A DNA stretch of 15,450 bases from an uncultured bacterium (lineage in GTDB: Bacteria > SAR324 > NAC60-12), in contig CBFIJD010000035.1 of the NCBI GenBank assembly GCA_965662845.1, positions 14,726 to 30,175 of the forward strand, written 5' to 3'. A program made the translations under genes and the position numbers. The notes beneath the pieces are model-generated. The model ran no database searches. It saw only the letters and a list, made by a program, of their open reading frames with translations, and was not told the DNA's origin. Of the stretch, positions 15,348-15,450 are shown in pieces (the stretch's first letter is position 1; each line of letters starts with the position of its first letter).

Positions 15348-15450
15348 GTGCTCGCCGTGATCGGCTGCGGCAACCCCACCCGCAGTGACGACGGCTGCGG
15401 GATTGAGGTCGTGCGGCGGCTGCGGGATCACAACTCCAGTGAGAGAGCTG
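15348..15450 (+). CDS. Hydrogenase maturation protease (HupW/HyaD-like), 5' part, truncated by window end
   Basis: GTG 15348 after GAGG reads MLAVIGCGNPTRSDDGCGIEVVRRL, the GxGN-x4-DxxG motif of hydrogenase endopeptidases. Not in the ORF track. Confidence 0.9.
   Translation, partial: MLAVIGCGNPTRSDDGCGIEVVRRLRDHNSSERA

Noticed and set aside
15154..15360. 68-aa ORF between hypB and the protease as a real gene
   Set aside because: It has no recognisable motif and an R/S/P-rich composition typical of spurious GC-rich ORFs, despite overlapping both neighbours.
55..15431. Minus-strand and alternate-frame ORFs throughout the track
   Set aside because: Nearly all are shadows of well-supported + strand genes in GC-rich DNA, and none shows a recognisable motif.

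Overview
Bacterial chromosomal window with all credible genes on the + strand. It opens with the 3' end of a class-III ornithine aminotransferase (argD/astC), followed by a TPP-riboswitch-led thiamine salvage operon: thiM-thiE-thiD, an OarX/PRK08642-like short-chain dehydrogenase and a coupled ACT-domain gene. A mosaic accessory island (~4150-8960) contains three same-orientation IS-end-like repeats, a Uma2-family nuclease and a dismembered type I hsdR. The missing centre of hsdR is occupied by an AquI-like type II restriction-modification system (split C5-methyltransferase plus AvaI/BsoBI-family endonuclease), which is bounded by two integron attC sites with no integrase in view. The window ends with a [NiFe]-hydrogenase maturation operon, hypFCDEAB, and the start of a hydrogenase maturation protease missed by the ORF track. 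All family calls come from motif recognition by eye; no database search was run.
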